This document shows positions 48,310 through 56,882 of a DNA stretch of 64,000 nucleotides, piece by piece. The translations under genes and the position numbers were made by a program. The first letter of the stretch is position 1. Each line of letters begins with the position of its first letter. Where the stretch lies: the NCBI GenBank assembly GCA_046758745.1, contig JBHIAV010000004.1, forward strand, positions 32,001 through 96,000, given 5' to 3'. The DNA comes from Gemmatimonadota bacterium (GTDB taxonomy: Bacteria > Gemmatimonadota > Gemmatimonadetes > Palauibacterales > Palauibacteraceae). The notes beneath the pieces are model-generated. The model ran no database searches, was not told where the DNA came from, and worked only from the letters and a program-made list of their open reading frames with translations.

Positions 48310-48992
48310 TCGGCTCCTTCCTTTGCGGTCGCCCCGGGGAGGAGCGTCCGCTCGATCTGCTGCATCAACTCTCGAACCCTTTCCCGCGCCCCCGTTCCCA
48401 ACCTCGCCAGCCGGCGCCCTTCGGCGTCGAGGATCTGCTCCACGGCGCGCACGGCAGTCTCGAGCTCATCGTTGATCACGAGGTAATCGAACGCCTCGAT
48501 CGCGGCGAGCTCGGCCTCCGCCGCGGCGAGCCGCCGTCGGAGCGCCTCCTCGCTCTCCGTGCCGCGGGCACGCAGCCGCTCCACGATCCGTTCGCCGCTC
48601 GGCGGGAGGACGAAGACCGCCACGCACGCCGGCTCCAGCCTCCGCACCATCCGGGCGCCCTGAACATCGATGTCGAGGAGAAGGTGCGCCCCAACCGCGC
48701 GCGCCGCCTCCAGGTTGGCGCGCGGGGTCCCGTACAGCTCCCCGTGCACCTCCGCCCATTCGAGCAGTTCCCCCGCCCGGATCATCCGCTCGAACTCCGA
48801 GCGGTCCACGAACTGATAGTCGACGAAGTTGGACTCGTCGACGCGGGGGGGGCGAGTGGTGGCTGAGACCGAAAAGCGAACGTCGCCGCGATGCGCTTCG
48901 AGCCGGCGCGCGATCGTCGTCTTCCCCCCGCCCGAGGGACCAGCCAGCACGAGCGGAAACGTCTCCGCGCGCGGATCCGTCCGCTCCGTCAC
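48306..48992 (-). CDS. gmk: Guanylate kinase
   Basis: GPSGGGKTT, SVSATTRPPR, EWAEVHG..YGT, DIDVQGA. Confidence 0.95.
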   Translation of the reverse strand: MTERTDPRAETFPLVLAGPSGGGKTTIARRLEAHRGDVRFSVSATTRPPRVDESNFVDYQFVDRSEFERMIRAGELLEWAEVHGELYGTPRANLEAARAVGAHLLLDIDVQGARMVRRLEPACVAVFVLPPSGERIVERLRARGTESEEALRRRLAAAEAELAAIEAFDYLVINDELETAVRAVEQILDAEGRRLARLGTGARERVRELMQQIERTLLPGATAKEGAE

Positions 48993-49873
48993 TCCACGTT
49001 CTCCACCTGCTCCCGCAGGGACTCCAGCTCGTTCTTCATCTCCACGACCAGGCGGGAGATCGCAGCGTCGTTCGCCTTCGAGCCGAGCGTGTTGAGCTCC
49101 CGAAGCAGCTCCTGTCCGAGGAAGGAAAGCCGCTTCCCGACAGGCTCCGGTCCCGGAGCGTCGAGCAGCTCCCGGAACGCAGCGATGTGAGCCCGCGCCC
49201 GGCACAGCTCCTCGCTCACGTCCCATCGATCCGCGATGACGGCGATCTCCCGGGCGAGACGCTCCGGGTCCAGCTCGAGACCTCCCGTCAGCTCGGAGAC
49301 GGCGCGCTGCAGCCGCTCGCGCTCCCGAACCACACGCTCGGGCGCCCGTGCCTCGGCCGCCTGGAGTCCCTCGTCGATGAACGCGATGCGGCCGCGCAGG
49401 TCTTCCTCGAGTCGCTCACCCTCCCGCTCCCGCATGGCGATGAGCTCGACGAGCGCCTTCTCTACCGCCTCTCGCACCCCGTCGAACGCGACCTGCTCGC
49501 CCGAAACTGCCGGGTCCGGGCGCAGCATCTCTCCGCAGCTCAGGAGGAGCGGGAGGTCCACCTCGCCGGGAAGCCCGTACCTTTCGGCGAGGTTTCGCAG
49601 CGCGACCAGCGTCGCCTCGACCCGCGGCTCGTCCAGCACCACCCGTGGACCCTGCCCGTTGCCCGCGTCGACACGAACCGCACACTCGACGTGGCCGCGG
49701 CGCAGGTCGTCGGAGAGCAGCTCCCGAAGGGCGGGCTCCCACTCCTGTGCCCCGTTCGGAAGGCGGATGTTCAACTTGAGATGGCGCGAGTTGACCGACC
49801 GAAGCTCCACCTCCACCGTGACGTCGCCGAGGCGCGCCGTTCCCGCGCCGAACCCCGTCATGCTGCGTAACAT
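48989..49873 (-). CDS. yicC: YicC/YloC family endoribonuclease
   Basis: SMTGFG, RSVNSR, GKRLSFLGQELLRELNTLGSK, REQVENVE. Confidence 0.95.
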   Translation of the reverse strand: MLRSMTGFGAGTARLGDVTVEVELRSVNSRHLKLNIRLPNGAQEWEPALRELLSDDLRRGHVECAVRVDAGNGQGPRVVLDEPRVEATLVALRNLAERYGLPGEVDLPLLLSCGEMLRPDPAVSGEQVAFDGVREAVEKALVELIAMREREGERLEEDLRGRIAFIDEGLQAAEARAPERVVRERERLQRAVSELTGGLELDPERLAREIAVIADRWDVSEELCRARAHIAAFRELLDAPGPEPVGKRLSFLGQELLRELNTLGSKANDAAISRLVVEMKNELESLREQVENVE

Positions 49874-49884
49874 GATGAATGATC

Positions 49885-49914
49885 AGTATAGGTCATCCGC
49901 TGCGCGTACGTCAA
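49885..49914 (-). promoter_or_regulatory. Sigma70-type promoter giving a near-leaderless yicC transcript
   Basis: TTGACG-N18-TATACT ending 11 nt before the ATG; no Shine-Dalgarno sequence. Confidence 0.6.
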
Positions 49915-49964
49915 ACCGTCGCGGGCTCTCTCCTTCCACGGGCGCACTCACATATCCCATTTAT

Positions 49965-49977
49965 TATCAATCACTTG
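49965..49977 (+). promoter_or_regulatory. IHF-type binding site
   Basis: TATCAA-TCAC-TTG matches WATCAA-N4-TTR exactly, within a rare AT-rich patch. Confidence 0.45.
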
Positions 49978-50026
49978 TATATCACGGAGCGGACGGATGC
50001 CGGCCCCCCGTCCCCTCAGCGGTCTC

Positions 50027-52039
50027 CTAGTTGAAGAACTCCCATTTCACCCCGAACGCGTTCCGATTGATCGGGAACGCCAGTCCCGGAATGTCCTCCG
50101 CCTGCACGCTCGACAGATTCTCGACACGCCACCAGATCCGGACCGTGCCGATCCGGATCAAGAGGTTCCAGTCGAACATCGTGTAGCCCGGAACCACCAC
50201 GAGTCCCGACTGCGGATCCGACGCGAGGGGTGCCGACCATTCGGTACGACGATGGAGAGCGAGGCCGAGCCTCAGCTCCAGATTCCCGTCGAAGAACTCG
50301 TCGTGGAAGAAGATCTCGCCGCGCACGATGTTTTGTGGTAGGAAGGGAGGGAACTCTCCGGAGAGAACGCGGCCGTAACGCCACACGCCGCGAAGACGGA
50401 TCGGCTCGAGACCCCTCAATATGGATCCGAGCGGCAGGATGGGGCCCGAACCGGCCGTCTCGAAGGTCTGCAGCTCGGTGCTCCCCGGGAGCGAACCCGG
50501 CGGGTCGAAGGCCGTCCCGAGCGACAGGCGGCCGCCCAGCTTCTGGTAGCCGATGCGCTCGGTGAGCCGGAACGGACCGACGGCGATTTCCGCCGCTCCC
50601 TCGATCACATCGTAAGAGACGGAGTCGGCCGTCCCCGTCTGAGGGAGAGGCACTCCCCGGGTCCCCGTTGCCGCCTCGCCGGAGAGGACGAGAGCCACTC
50701 CGAAGCCCGGAGCCCACCGCACCCCGCCCCGCACTCCGGACGTGCCGAAGACACGCCAGGAATCCGCCCGCGCGGCGAGATCGACCGTCAGCCCGGGGGC
50801 GAGCGCCGCCCCCAGCGAGGCGCGCCCGGAGACGGAAGGGAGGAAGGCGGCGTCTCGCACCTCCAGGCCAAGCCGGGCGTACCCTCTTTCGTGCCGGCCG
50901 ACGAGGGAGAAGCCGGCGTGCCGGGACTCGGCGAGCGCTTCGTCGTCCGCCCGTAGCTCGGAGCTTCCCGCGAAGAGGGCCCCCTGGATTCCGCGCGTGA
51001 TGTCTCCCCGCGCGTACAGGAACAGCTCACGCCGGTCCACGTCCTCGTTCTCCAAGACCGTGCGCTCGAGCGACTCCGACTTCCACTGGAGCTCGATGCC
51101 GGCCCGGTTGTCGGTTGGAATCCATGAGAGCTTGCCCCAGAAGTCGAACCGGTCGCTCTGCAGGTCGCCGCTCGTGACGTTGAGCAGATCGATGGCCGTA
51201 GCGATCGTGAAGTCCCGCCCCAGACCGTTGGTAAACGTGCCGCGCAGGAGCTCGAGGCCCGGCTCGCCCGTCCCAGCGGTGATGCGGGAGTAGGCGTCGG
51301 GCCGGTCGTGCCGCAACGTGCTCAGCTCGATGGTCCAGCCATCCGCGTGACGGAGGGCGCGCACCCGCTCGAGGCGCACGAGCGAGATGCGGGTGAGGTC
51401 GATCTGACCCCCCTCGAGAGGGTCCAGCTCACGACCATCGACCAACACCCGGACGAACCCGGCTCCGAGCAACCCATCGAGCAGGTGGTGCGGACCCCCG
51501 TAGTACGAAGCGCGAACGGAGGTGAAACCGGGGAGGCCATTCACGAGGAGATCCAGGAGGGAGAGCGCGCCAGTTCGGAGCTGCTCGCTCAGGTCCCATT
51601 CGTACACGGCCGCTGCGTACCCGTCGCCTGGCAACTCCAGGGGCGCCGGATACGCCTGCCGTCGTTCGGGTGCTGTGTCCTGTCGAGCGCCGGCGAGCGC
51701 CGCCAGAGCCGCCGCCCTGGCGCTGTCGCCCGCAACCCCGAGGCTGTCCGCGCCGGCCCGCCGGAGTTCCCGCTCGATCCCGAGGCTGTCCGCCTCGGCG
51801 TGTGGCGTCTTCGGCAGCGCACGCGCGCTGTCCCGCCGAAGCCGGAGGCTGTCCGTCGGAACGGGACGCGGCGGGGGCGTCGGATCCTGCGCACGGAGGG
51901 GAGCGGCGCCGAAAAGAAGGAGCGCGACGGTGACGCGAGCGGCTGCCGGTCCAACGCTCGGCCACGGGCCGGGAGGTCCCGGAGGCCTACGCTCAGTCAG
52001 CGGCGTCCAGCCACCCGGCCAGCAGGCGAACGCCGACAC
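50027..52039 (-). CDS. Outer-membrane beta-barrel protein with plug-like region (TonB-dependent-receptor-like); start uncertain
   Basis: Signal-peptide-like segment (PLRA|QD), VLVDGRE..DL..I....LERVR plug motif, alternating strands, C-terminal FGVKWEFFN. Confidence 0.72.
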   Translation of the reverse strand: MSAFACWPGGWTPLTERRPPGPPGPWPSVGPAAARVTVALLLFGAAPLRAQDPTPPPRPVPTDSLRLRRDSARALPKTPHAEADSLGIERELRRAGADSLGVAGDSARAAALAALAGARQDTAPERRQAYPAPLELPGDGYAAAVYEWDLSEQLRTGALSLLDLLVNGLPGFTSVRASYYGGPHHLLDGLLGAGFVRVLVDGRELDPLEGGQIDLTRISLVRLERVRALRHADGWTIELSTLRHDRPDAYSRITAGTGEPGLELLRGTFTNGLGRDFTIATAIDLLNVTSGDLQSDRFDFWGKLSWIPTDNRAGIELQWKSESLERTVLENEDVDRRELFLYARGDITRGIQGALFAGSSELRADDEALAESRHAGFSLVGRHERGYARLGLEVRDAAFLPSVSGRASLGAALAPGLTVDLAARADSWRVFGTSGVRGGVRWAPGFGVALVLSGEAATGTRGVPLPQTGTADSVSYDVIEGAAEIAVGPFRLTERIGYQKLGGRLSLGTAFDPPGSLPGSTELQTFETAGSGPILPLGSILRGLEPIRLRGVWRYGRVLSGEFPPFLPQNIVRGEIFFHDEFFDGNLELRLGLALHRRTEWSAPLASDPQSGLVVVPGYTMFDWNLLIRIGTVRIWWRVENLSSVQAEDIPGLAFPINRNAFGVKWEFFN

Positions 52040-53477
52040 CGGTCGCCCCCTTCGGCTGCCATGGACGGGGCTCCTCGGCCCACGCCGTCCCGGCGATGTC
52101 GAGATGGGCCCAAGGCATCTCGCCGACGAACTCGCGGAGGAACCAGCCGGCGGTGATCGTACCGGCCTCCCGCCCGCCGCTGTTCTTCAGATCGGCGATC
52201 TCCGAATCGAGCTGCTTCCGATACTCCCGCCACAGCGGCAGCCGCCACACTCGCTCCCCGCTCCTCGCCCCCGCCGTCTCCAGTGCCCCGGCCAGGGCAT
52301 CGTCGTTGCTCATCAGCGCGATGCCGTGGCGGCCGAGGGCGACGACGCACGCGCCGGTGAGTGTGGCGACGTCGACCACCGCGGTCGGGTTCAGGCGCGT
52401 AGCATAGCTCAGAGCATCCGAAAGGATGAGGCGACCTTCCGCGTCGGTGCTCACCACCTCGATCGAGCGTCCAGAGAGGCCCCGGATCACATCCGCCGGC
52501 TTGAGGGCGCTCCCGGAGGGCAGGTTCTCCGTGGCAGGAACGAGGCCAACGATCCGCCGGGACAGGCCGAGCTCCGCCGCCGCCCGCAGGGCGCCGAGCA
52601 CCGCCGCGGCACCGGCCATGTCATACTTCATCGCCTCCATCCCCTTGGCCGGCTTCAGCGAGATGCCGCCGCTGTCGAAGGTGACCCCCTTCCCGACCAG
52701 TACCACGGGCCGATCTTCCGCTCCGGCGTACTCGATGATGAGGAAGCGGGGCTCCTCCTCCGATCCTCGCGCCACGGCGAGGAGCGCGCCGAAACCCTCG
52801 CTCTGTAGCCGCTCGGTTCCCCACGCCTCGACGTGGAGCCCGTGACGCTCGGCCATCTCCTCGGCGCACGCGGCGAGGTACGAGGGAGTCGCGACGTTGC
52901 CCGGCAGGGTCACGAGGTCGCGGGCGAAGTTCTGCGCCTCCGCCAGGACCCTTCCGCGCTCCGCCGCCTCGCCGATGCCGGGCGTTGCCTGGGGAACGTG
53001 GATCACCGCAAGATCGGGGGCCGGCGTGGCGGGCGCGGCGGCGTCTGGCGACTTGAGAGCGTTGTACGACCAGTCGCCGAGCACGAATCCCTCGGCGCAG
53101 GCCTGAACCTCCGATGCCCCGGCGCCACTGGCCTCTCCCGCGAGCGTCAGGGCAACGGAGCGGAGCCCGTTCTCCCTCGCTTCCCGGATGGCCCGAGCTG
53201 CGATCCGCCGGGCTCGCTCGGCATCCGAGATCGACGGATCCCCGCCGCCGATCGCCAGAACATGCGGTCCCTCCGGCGCTCCCGACGGAAAGAGCCGTCC
53301 CTCTTCCTCCTCGCCCGTTAGGCGTCCGGCCGCGAGCCACCTGGCCAGAGCCCCACCCAACCACACGTCCACCTGCCGGCCCATCTCTCCGAGCTCGCCG
53401 TCCGGCCCGATGGGGATGGCCAGCAGCGCCACGCCAAGGGCGCGCGGATCTCCGGAGCGAACTTCTACTCGCCTCAC
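51993..53477 (-). CDS. pepA: Leucyl aminopeptidase (M17)
   Basis: GKGVTFDSGG, MKYDMAG, STDAEGRL, ATLTGA, WAHLDIAG. Confidence 0.95.
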   Translation of the reverse strand: MRRVEVRSGDPRALGVALLAIPIGPDGELGEMGRQVDVWLGGALARWLAAGRLTGEEEEGRLFPSGAPEGPHVLAIGGGDPSISDAERARRIAARAIREARENGLRSVALTLAGEASGAGASEVQACAEGFVLGDWSYNALKSPDAAAPATPAPDLAVIHVPQATPGIGEAAERGRVLAEAQNFARDLVTLPGNVATPSYLAACAEEMAERHGLHVEAWGTERLQSEGFGALLAVARGSEEEPRFLIIEYAGAEDRPVVLVGKGVTFDSGGISLKPAKGMEAMKYDMAGAAAVLGALRAAAELGLSRRIVGLVPATENLPSGSALKPADVIRGLSGRSIEVVSTDAEGRLILSDALSYATRLNPTAVVDVATLTGACVVALGRHGIALMSNDDALAGALETAGARSGERVWRLPLWREYRKQLDSEIADLKNSGGREAGTITAGWFLREFVGEMPWAHLDIAGTAWAEEPRPWQPKGATGVGVRLLAGWLDAAD

Positions 53478-53509
53478 GCCGACTCTCCGCCCGTTCCCGT
53501 CGCGCGACC

Positions 53510-54637
53510 TCAGCGCTCGCCCATCGGCACGTATGGCCGGTCCCTCGCCCCGGTGTACTCGGCGCGGGGGCGGATCAGGCGATTGTTCTCGAGCTGCTCC
53601 ATCACGTGGGCGCACCAACCTCCCATCCGCCCCACGGCGAACATGGGCGTGTACAGGTCGAGAGGGAGGCCGAGACAGTGGTAGACGGAGGCGCAGTAGA
53701 AGTCCACGTTGCAGTCGAGCCCCTTGCGGTCGCGCATCGTCGTCTCCACGGCTCTGGAGAGCTCGAACCACCGCGTGTCCCCGATCGCCCGTCCGAGCTC
53801 CTCCGACATCCGCCGCAGGTGTGTGGCCCGGGGGTCCTCGGTGCGGTACACCCTGTGCCCGAACCCCATGATCTTCCTCCCAGCGGCCAGCGCCGAATCG
53901 ATGTAATCCTCCACCCTTCCGATCTCCCCGATTTCGATCAGCATCTGCATCGCCTTCTCGTTGGCGCCGCCATGAAGCGGTCCCTTGAGGGCTCCGATTC
54001 CCCCCGTCACTGCCGAGTACAGATCCGACAGAGTAGAGGCGATGACCCGACAGGTGAAGGTCGAGGCGTTCAGTCCGTGCTCGAGGTACAGGAGGAGGGA
54101 GGTGTCCAGGGCCTTCTCGGCGACCGGGCCGGGGCGCTCGCCATTCAGCATATACAGGAAGTTCGCCGAGTACGAAAGCGAGTCGTCCGGAGGGATCGGC
54201 TCGTGCCCACCCCGGATACGGTGGAACGCGGCTACGGCTGTCGGCACGCGGGCGACGAGGCGGGTCGATTTGCGGAGCGTCCCCTCCGCAGAGCCGTCAT
54301 CCTGTTCCGGGTCGCTATCGCCGAGAACCGAGACGGCCGTCCGCAGGACGGCCATCGGTACCGCCTGGCTCGGCAGCTGCCGCAGGACGCCGAGCACCGC
54401 CGGCGGCAGCGCCCCAAGCCCGGCTAGCTCGGCGCTGAAGCGCGCCAACTCGGCACGCGTCGGGAGGGCATCGTTCCACAGGAGGAAGAGGGCCTCGAGA
54501 AACGTGCCCCGCTTCGCCAGATCGCCAATGTCGTAGCCGCGGTAGAGGAGCCGGCCCGCCCGGCCGTCGATGAAGCTCAACGCCGTCTCGGCGGCGATGA
54601 CGCCCTCGAGTCCTCTCGCCGCTATATGTCGAGCCAT
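53510..54637 (-). CDS. Citrate / 2-methylcitrate synthase (small type)
   Basis: GLEGV, LLYRGY, EHGLNASTF, GPLHGGAN, GFGHRVY, NVDFY. Confidence 0.93.
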   Translation of the reverse strand: MARHIAARGLEGVIAAETALSFIDGRAGRLLYRGYDIGDLAKRGTFLEALFLLWNDALPTRAELARFSAELAGLGALPPAVLGVLRQLPSQAVPMAVLRTAVSVLGDSDPEQDDGSAEGTLRKSTRLVARVPTAVAAFHRIRGGHEPIPPDDSLSYSANFLYMLNGERPGPVAEKALDTSLLLYLEHGLNASTFTCRVIASTLSDLYSAVTGGIGALKGPLHGGANEKAMQMLIEIGEIGRVEDYIDSALAAGRKIMGFGHRVYRTEDPRATHLRRMSEELGRAIGDTRWFELSRAVETTMRDRKGLDCNVDFYCASVYHCLGLPLDLYTPMFAVGRMGGWCAHVMEQLENNRLIRPRAEYTGARDRPYVPMGER

Positions 54638-54740
54638 CTCTCCCGTCGTCCCACCGTGCACGCCGCGGAGGTGGCGCGCACGGACCGCTCCGTGATGCTT
54701 CCCATTCGTTCGTGCGTCGATCTTACGGCAGGGCATGACG

Positions 54741-54788
54741 AAACAAAAGAGGCGCAGCGCGCGGAAAGCGTCCGCGGCCGCGCCTCTT
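54741..54788 (-). terminator. Rho-independent terminator after the 83-aa ORF
   Basis: Minus-strand stem GAGGCGCGGC..GCTGCGCCTC followed by TTTTGTTT. Confidence 0.7.
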
Positions 54789-54812
54789 CGGCCTCTGCTG
54801 GCCTGTTCTCGT

Positions 54813-55064
54813 TTACCGGATCGCCGGATCGGGCTCGGCGGCCCGGAACCGGCTCCTTAGATCGTCGGCGCTCAGCGTCTCGAAGGAGCCCGACGGCAGG
54901 CGAATTCGCTTCTGTGGCTGGTGCGGGTCGGAGAAACAGACGAAGACCACCGATTCGTAGCCCGGCTCGGGTTGGACCTCATCGGGGTCCGGCCAGAACA
55001 CGTCCCGGGAGGCGAGCCAGGCCTTCCACCGCCGCCCATCGTCATCTCGGAAGTGTTTCGTCAT
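54813..55064 (-). CDS. Small hypothetical protein (83 aa)
   Basis: GAGG RBS, MTKHFRDDDGRRWKAW.., followed by a terminator. Confidence 0.72.
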   Translation of the reverse strand: MTKHFRDDDGRRWKAWLASRDVFWPDPDEVQPEPGYESVVFVCFSDPHQPQKRIRLPSGSFETLSADDLRSRFRAAEPDPAIR

Positions 55065-55362
55065 GCACACCTCTTGGCGTTGCGAGGGGATCCGGCACGA
55101 TGCATAACCCTCTAGTTTACTCACACGTCGTTCAGCTGTCCACCGCGTCACCGCCGAGAAACGGCTGCAGATGAACGGCGCTAACCAGCTATTATCGTTT
55201 TGGTTCTACCCATCCCGGAGTCTCCGGATCCCTGTGCCGTCGGCTTCCGTCCTCCGCGCCCTGCCGGTAGATTCGGCGGCTCGCGACCGAAGCTCGCCGG
55301 CCGCGCGACCGCTGGTGCAGCCGCGCTTCCGGCGCCGTCACCACCCGAGGAGGCAGACCACG

Positions 55363-56385
55363 ATGAAGCGCGCCGCGAAGTACGCCCGTGTCGCGGCCGC
55401 CCTGGCCGCGGCCGCCGCTCCTGGCACACCGTCATCCCTTGGAGCCCAACCACTCGAGCGCCCCATCCGCCCGGTCCACACCTATTCCATCGTGGCCCGG
55501 GATGCCGCGACCGGCCAGCTCGGGGTAGCCGTCCAGTCCCACTGGTTCTCCGTCGGGTCGGTCGTTCCATGGGCGGAGAGCGCAGTCGGGGCGGTCGCCA
55601 CGCAGTCGTTCATCGACCCGGGCTACGGGCAGCTAGGTCTCGACCTCATGCGTGTCGGCAAGAGTGCCGGAGAGGCGCTGGCCGGACTGCTCGCCGCCGA
55701 CCCCCATCCCGAGGTGCGCCAGGTGGGGATGGTGGACGCGGCGGGCCGCACCGCCGTGCACACCGGCGAGCAAGCGATCGCTGAGGCCTGCCAGACAACG
55801 GGCGAGGGATTCTCGGTGCAGGCGAACCTCATGCTGCGGGAGACCGTGTGCGAGGCTATGGTCCGGGCCTACATCCGCACGAACGGTGATCTGGCGGAGC
55901 GGCTGATGGCGGCGCTGGAGGCCGCCGAGGCCGAGGGCGGGGACATCCGGGGCCGACAGTCGGCCGCTCTCCTCGTCGTGCAGGGAGAGTCGACGGGACG
56001 CCCCTGGTCAGATCGGATCTTCGATCTACGCGTGGAGGACCACTCCGAGCCCCTGGTCGAGTTGCGTCGGCTCCTGGTGGTCGCGCGGGCCTATCGGCAC
56101 ATGAACGAAGGCGACGAGCGGGTCACGCGCGGGGATATCGACGGCGCGGTGGAGGAGTATCGCGCGGCGGAGGCTCTCCTGCCGCGCGAGTCGGAGCCGA
56201 TCTTCTGGCATGCGGTGACGCTGGCAAGCGTCGGTGAGGTGGACGCTTCCCTTCCCCTTTTCGCGCGAGCGTTCGATATGCGTGCGGAGTGGCGGACCCT
56301 GGTTCCCCGACTCGTCGACGCCGGACTGCTTCCGGCGAATGGGGGGCTGGTGGAGCGGATCGTCGCGGCCGGTCGGAAACGCTGA
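55363..56385 (+). CDS. Exported DUF1028 (Ntn-hydrolase-like) protein with TPR-like C-terminus
   Basis: GAGGAGG RBS, signal peptide, TYSIVARD, GAVATQS, GGDIRGRQSAAL, DLRVEDH..P..EL. Confidence 0.9.
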   Translation: MKRAAKYARVAAALAAAAAPGTPSSLGAQPLERPIRPVHTYSIVARDAATGQLGVAVQSHWFSVGSVVPWAESAVGAVATQSFIDPGYGQLGLDLMRVGKSAGEALAGLLAADPHPEVRQVGMVDAAGRTAVHTGEQAIAEACQTTGEGFSVQANLMLRETVCEAMVRAYIRTNGDLAERLMAALEAAEAEGGDIRGRQSAALLVVQGESTGRPWSDRIFDLRVEDHSEPLVELRRLLVVARAYRHMNEGDERVTRGDIDGAVEEYRAAEALLPRESEPIFWHAVTLASVGEVDASLPLFARAFDMRAEWRTLVPRLVDAGLLPANGGLVERIVAAGRKR

Positions 56386-56515
56386 GGTCCTCCCCGCTCC
56401 GGGCACGGCCGGTCGGGATTGCCGAATCCGTCCCTCTCCGGGGGGCGCCCGGCCGGCATCCGCCGACGGGCCGCGTCTTCGGGAGAGGGACAGGCCGAGG
56501 AAAGAGATGTGGGGA

Positions 56516-56623
56516 CTACCCCCGGTCGCGCTCCTCAAGCTCGGGAAGCCGGCAGCCGAAGGCGAAGGCGACCCCGTATCCCGCGATGAGGAAGGCGAGG
56601 ACAGCCGTGATGAAGATGTACAT
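56516..56623 (-). CDS. Candidate 35-aa single-pass membrane peptide
   Basis: Manual translation MYIFITAVLAFLIAGYGVAFAFGCRLPELEERDRG*; GGAG 6 nt upstream; GC-rich third codon positions. Confidence 0.55.
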   Translation of the reverse strand: MYIFITAVLAFLIAGYGVAFAFGCRLPELEERDRG

Positions 56624-56882
56624 GCGGCTCTCCGGGTAACGGGACCGGGGCACGGCCGCGCGGAGACGCGCGAACCCGAGCGTCATCCCCCACCGGACTC
56701 ATCCAGACCGGAAAGGGCTCTCGGCCTCACAGGATGCGTGGTCGATCTCCCCGTGTCCAGGGGCCGTCGGAGGTCGGGCGCCGTTGCGCCCTGCGTGGCG
56801 CCGCTCCTAAGCTGGAAGAGCGTTCGCCCGGTGATGTGCCGGAGCACCGACGGAGAGCGTAGAACCCCAGCTGCGAGGCGAA

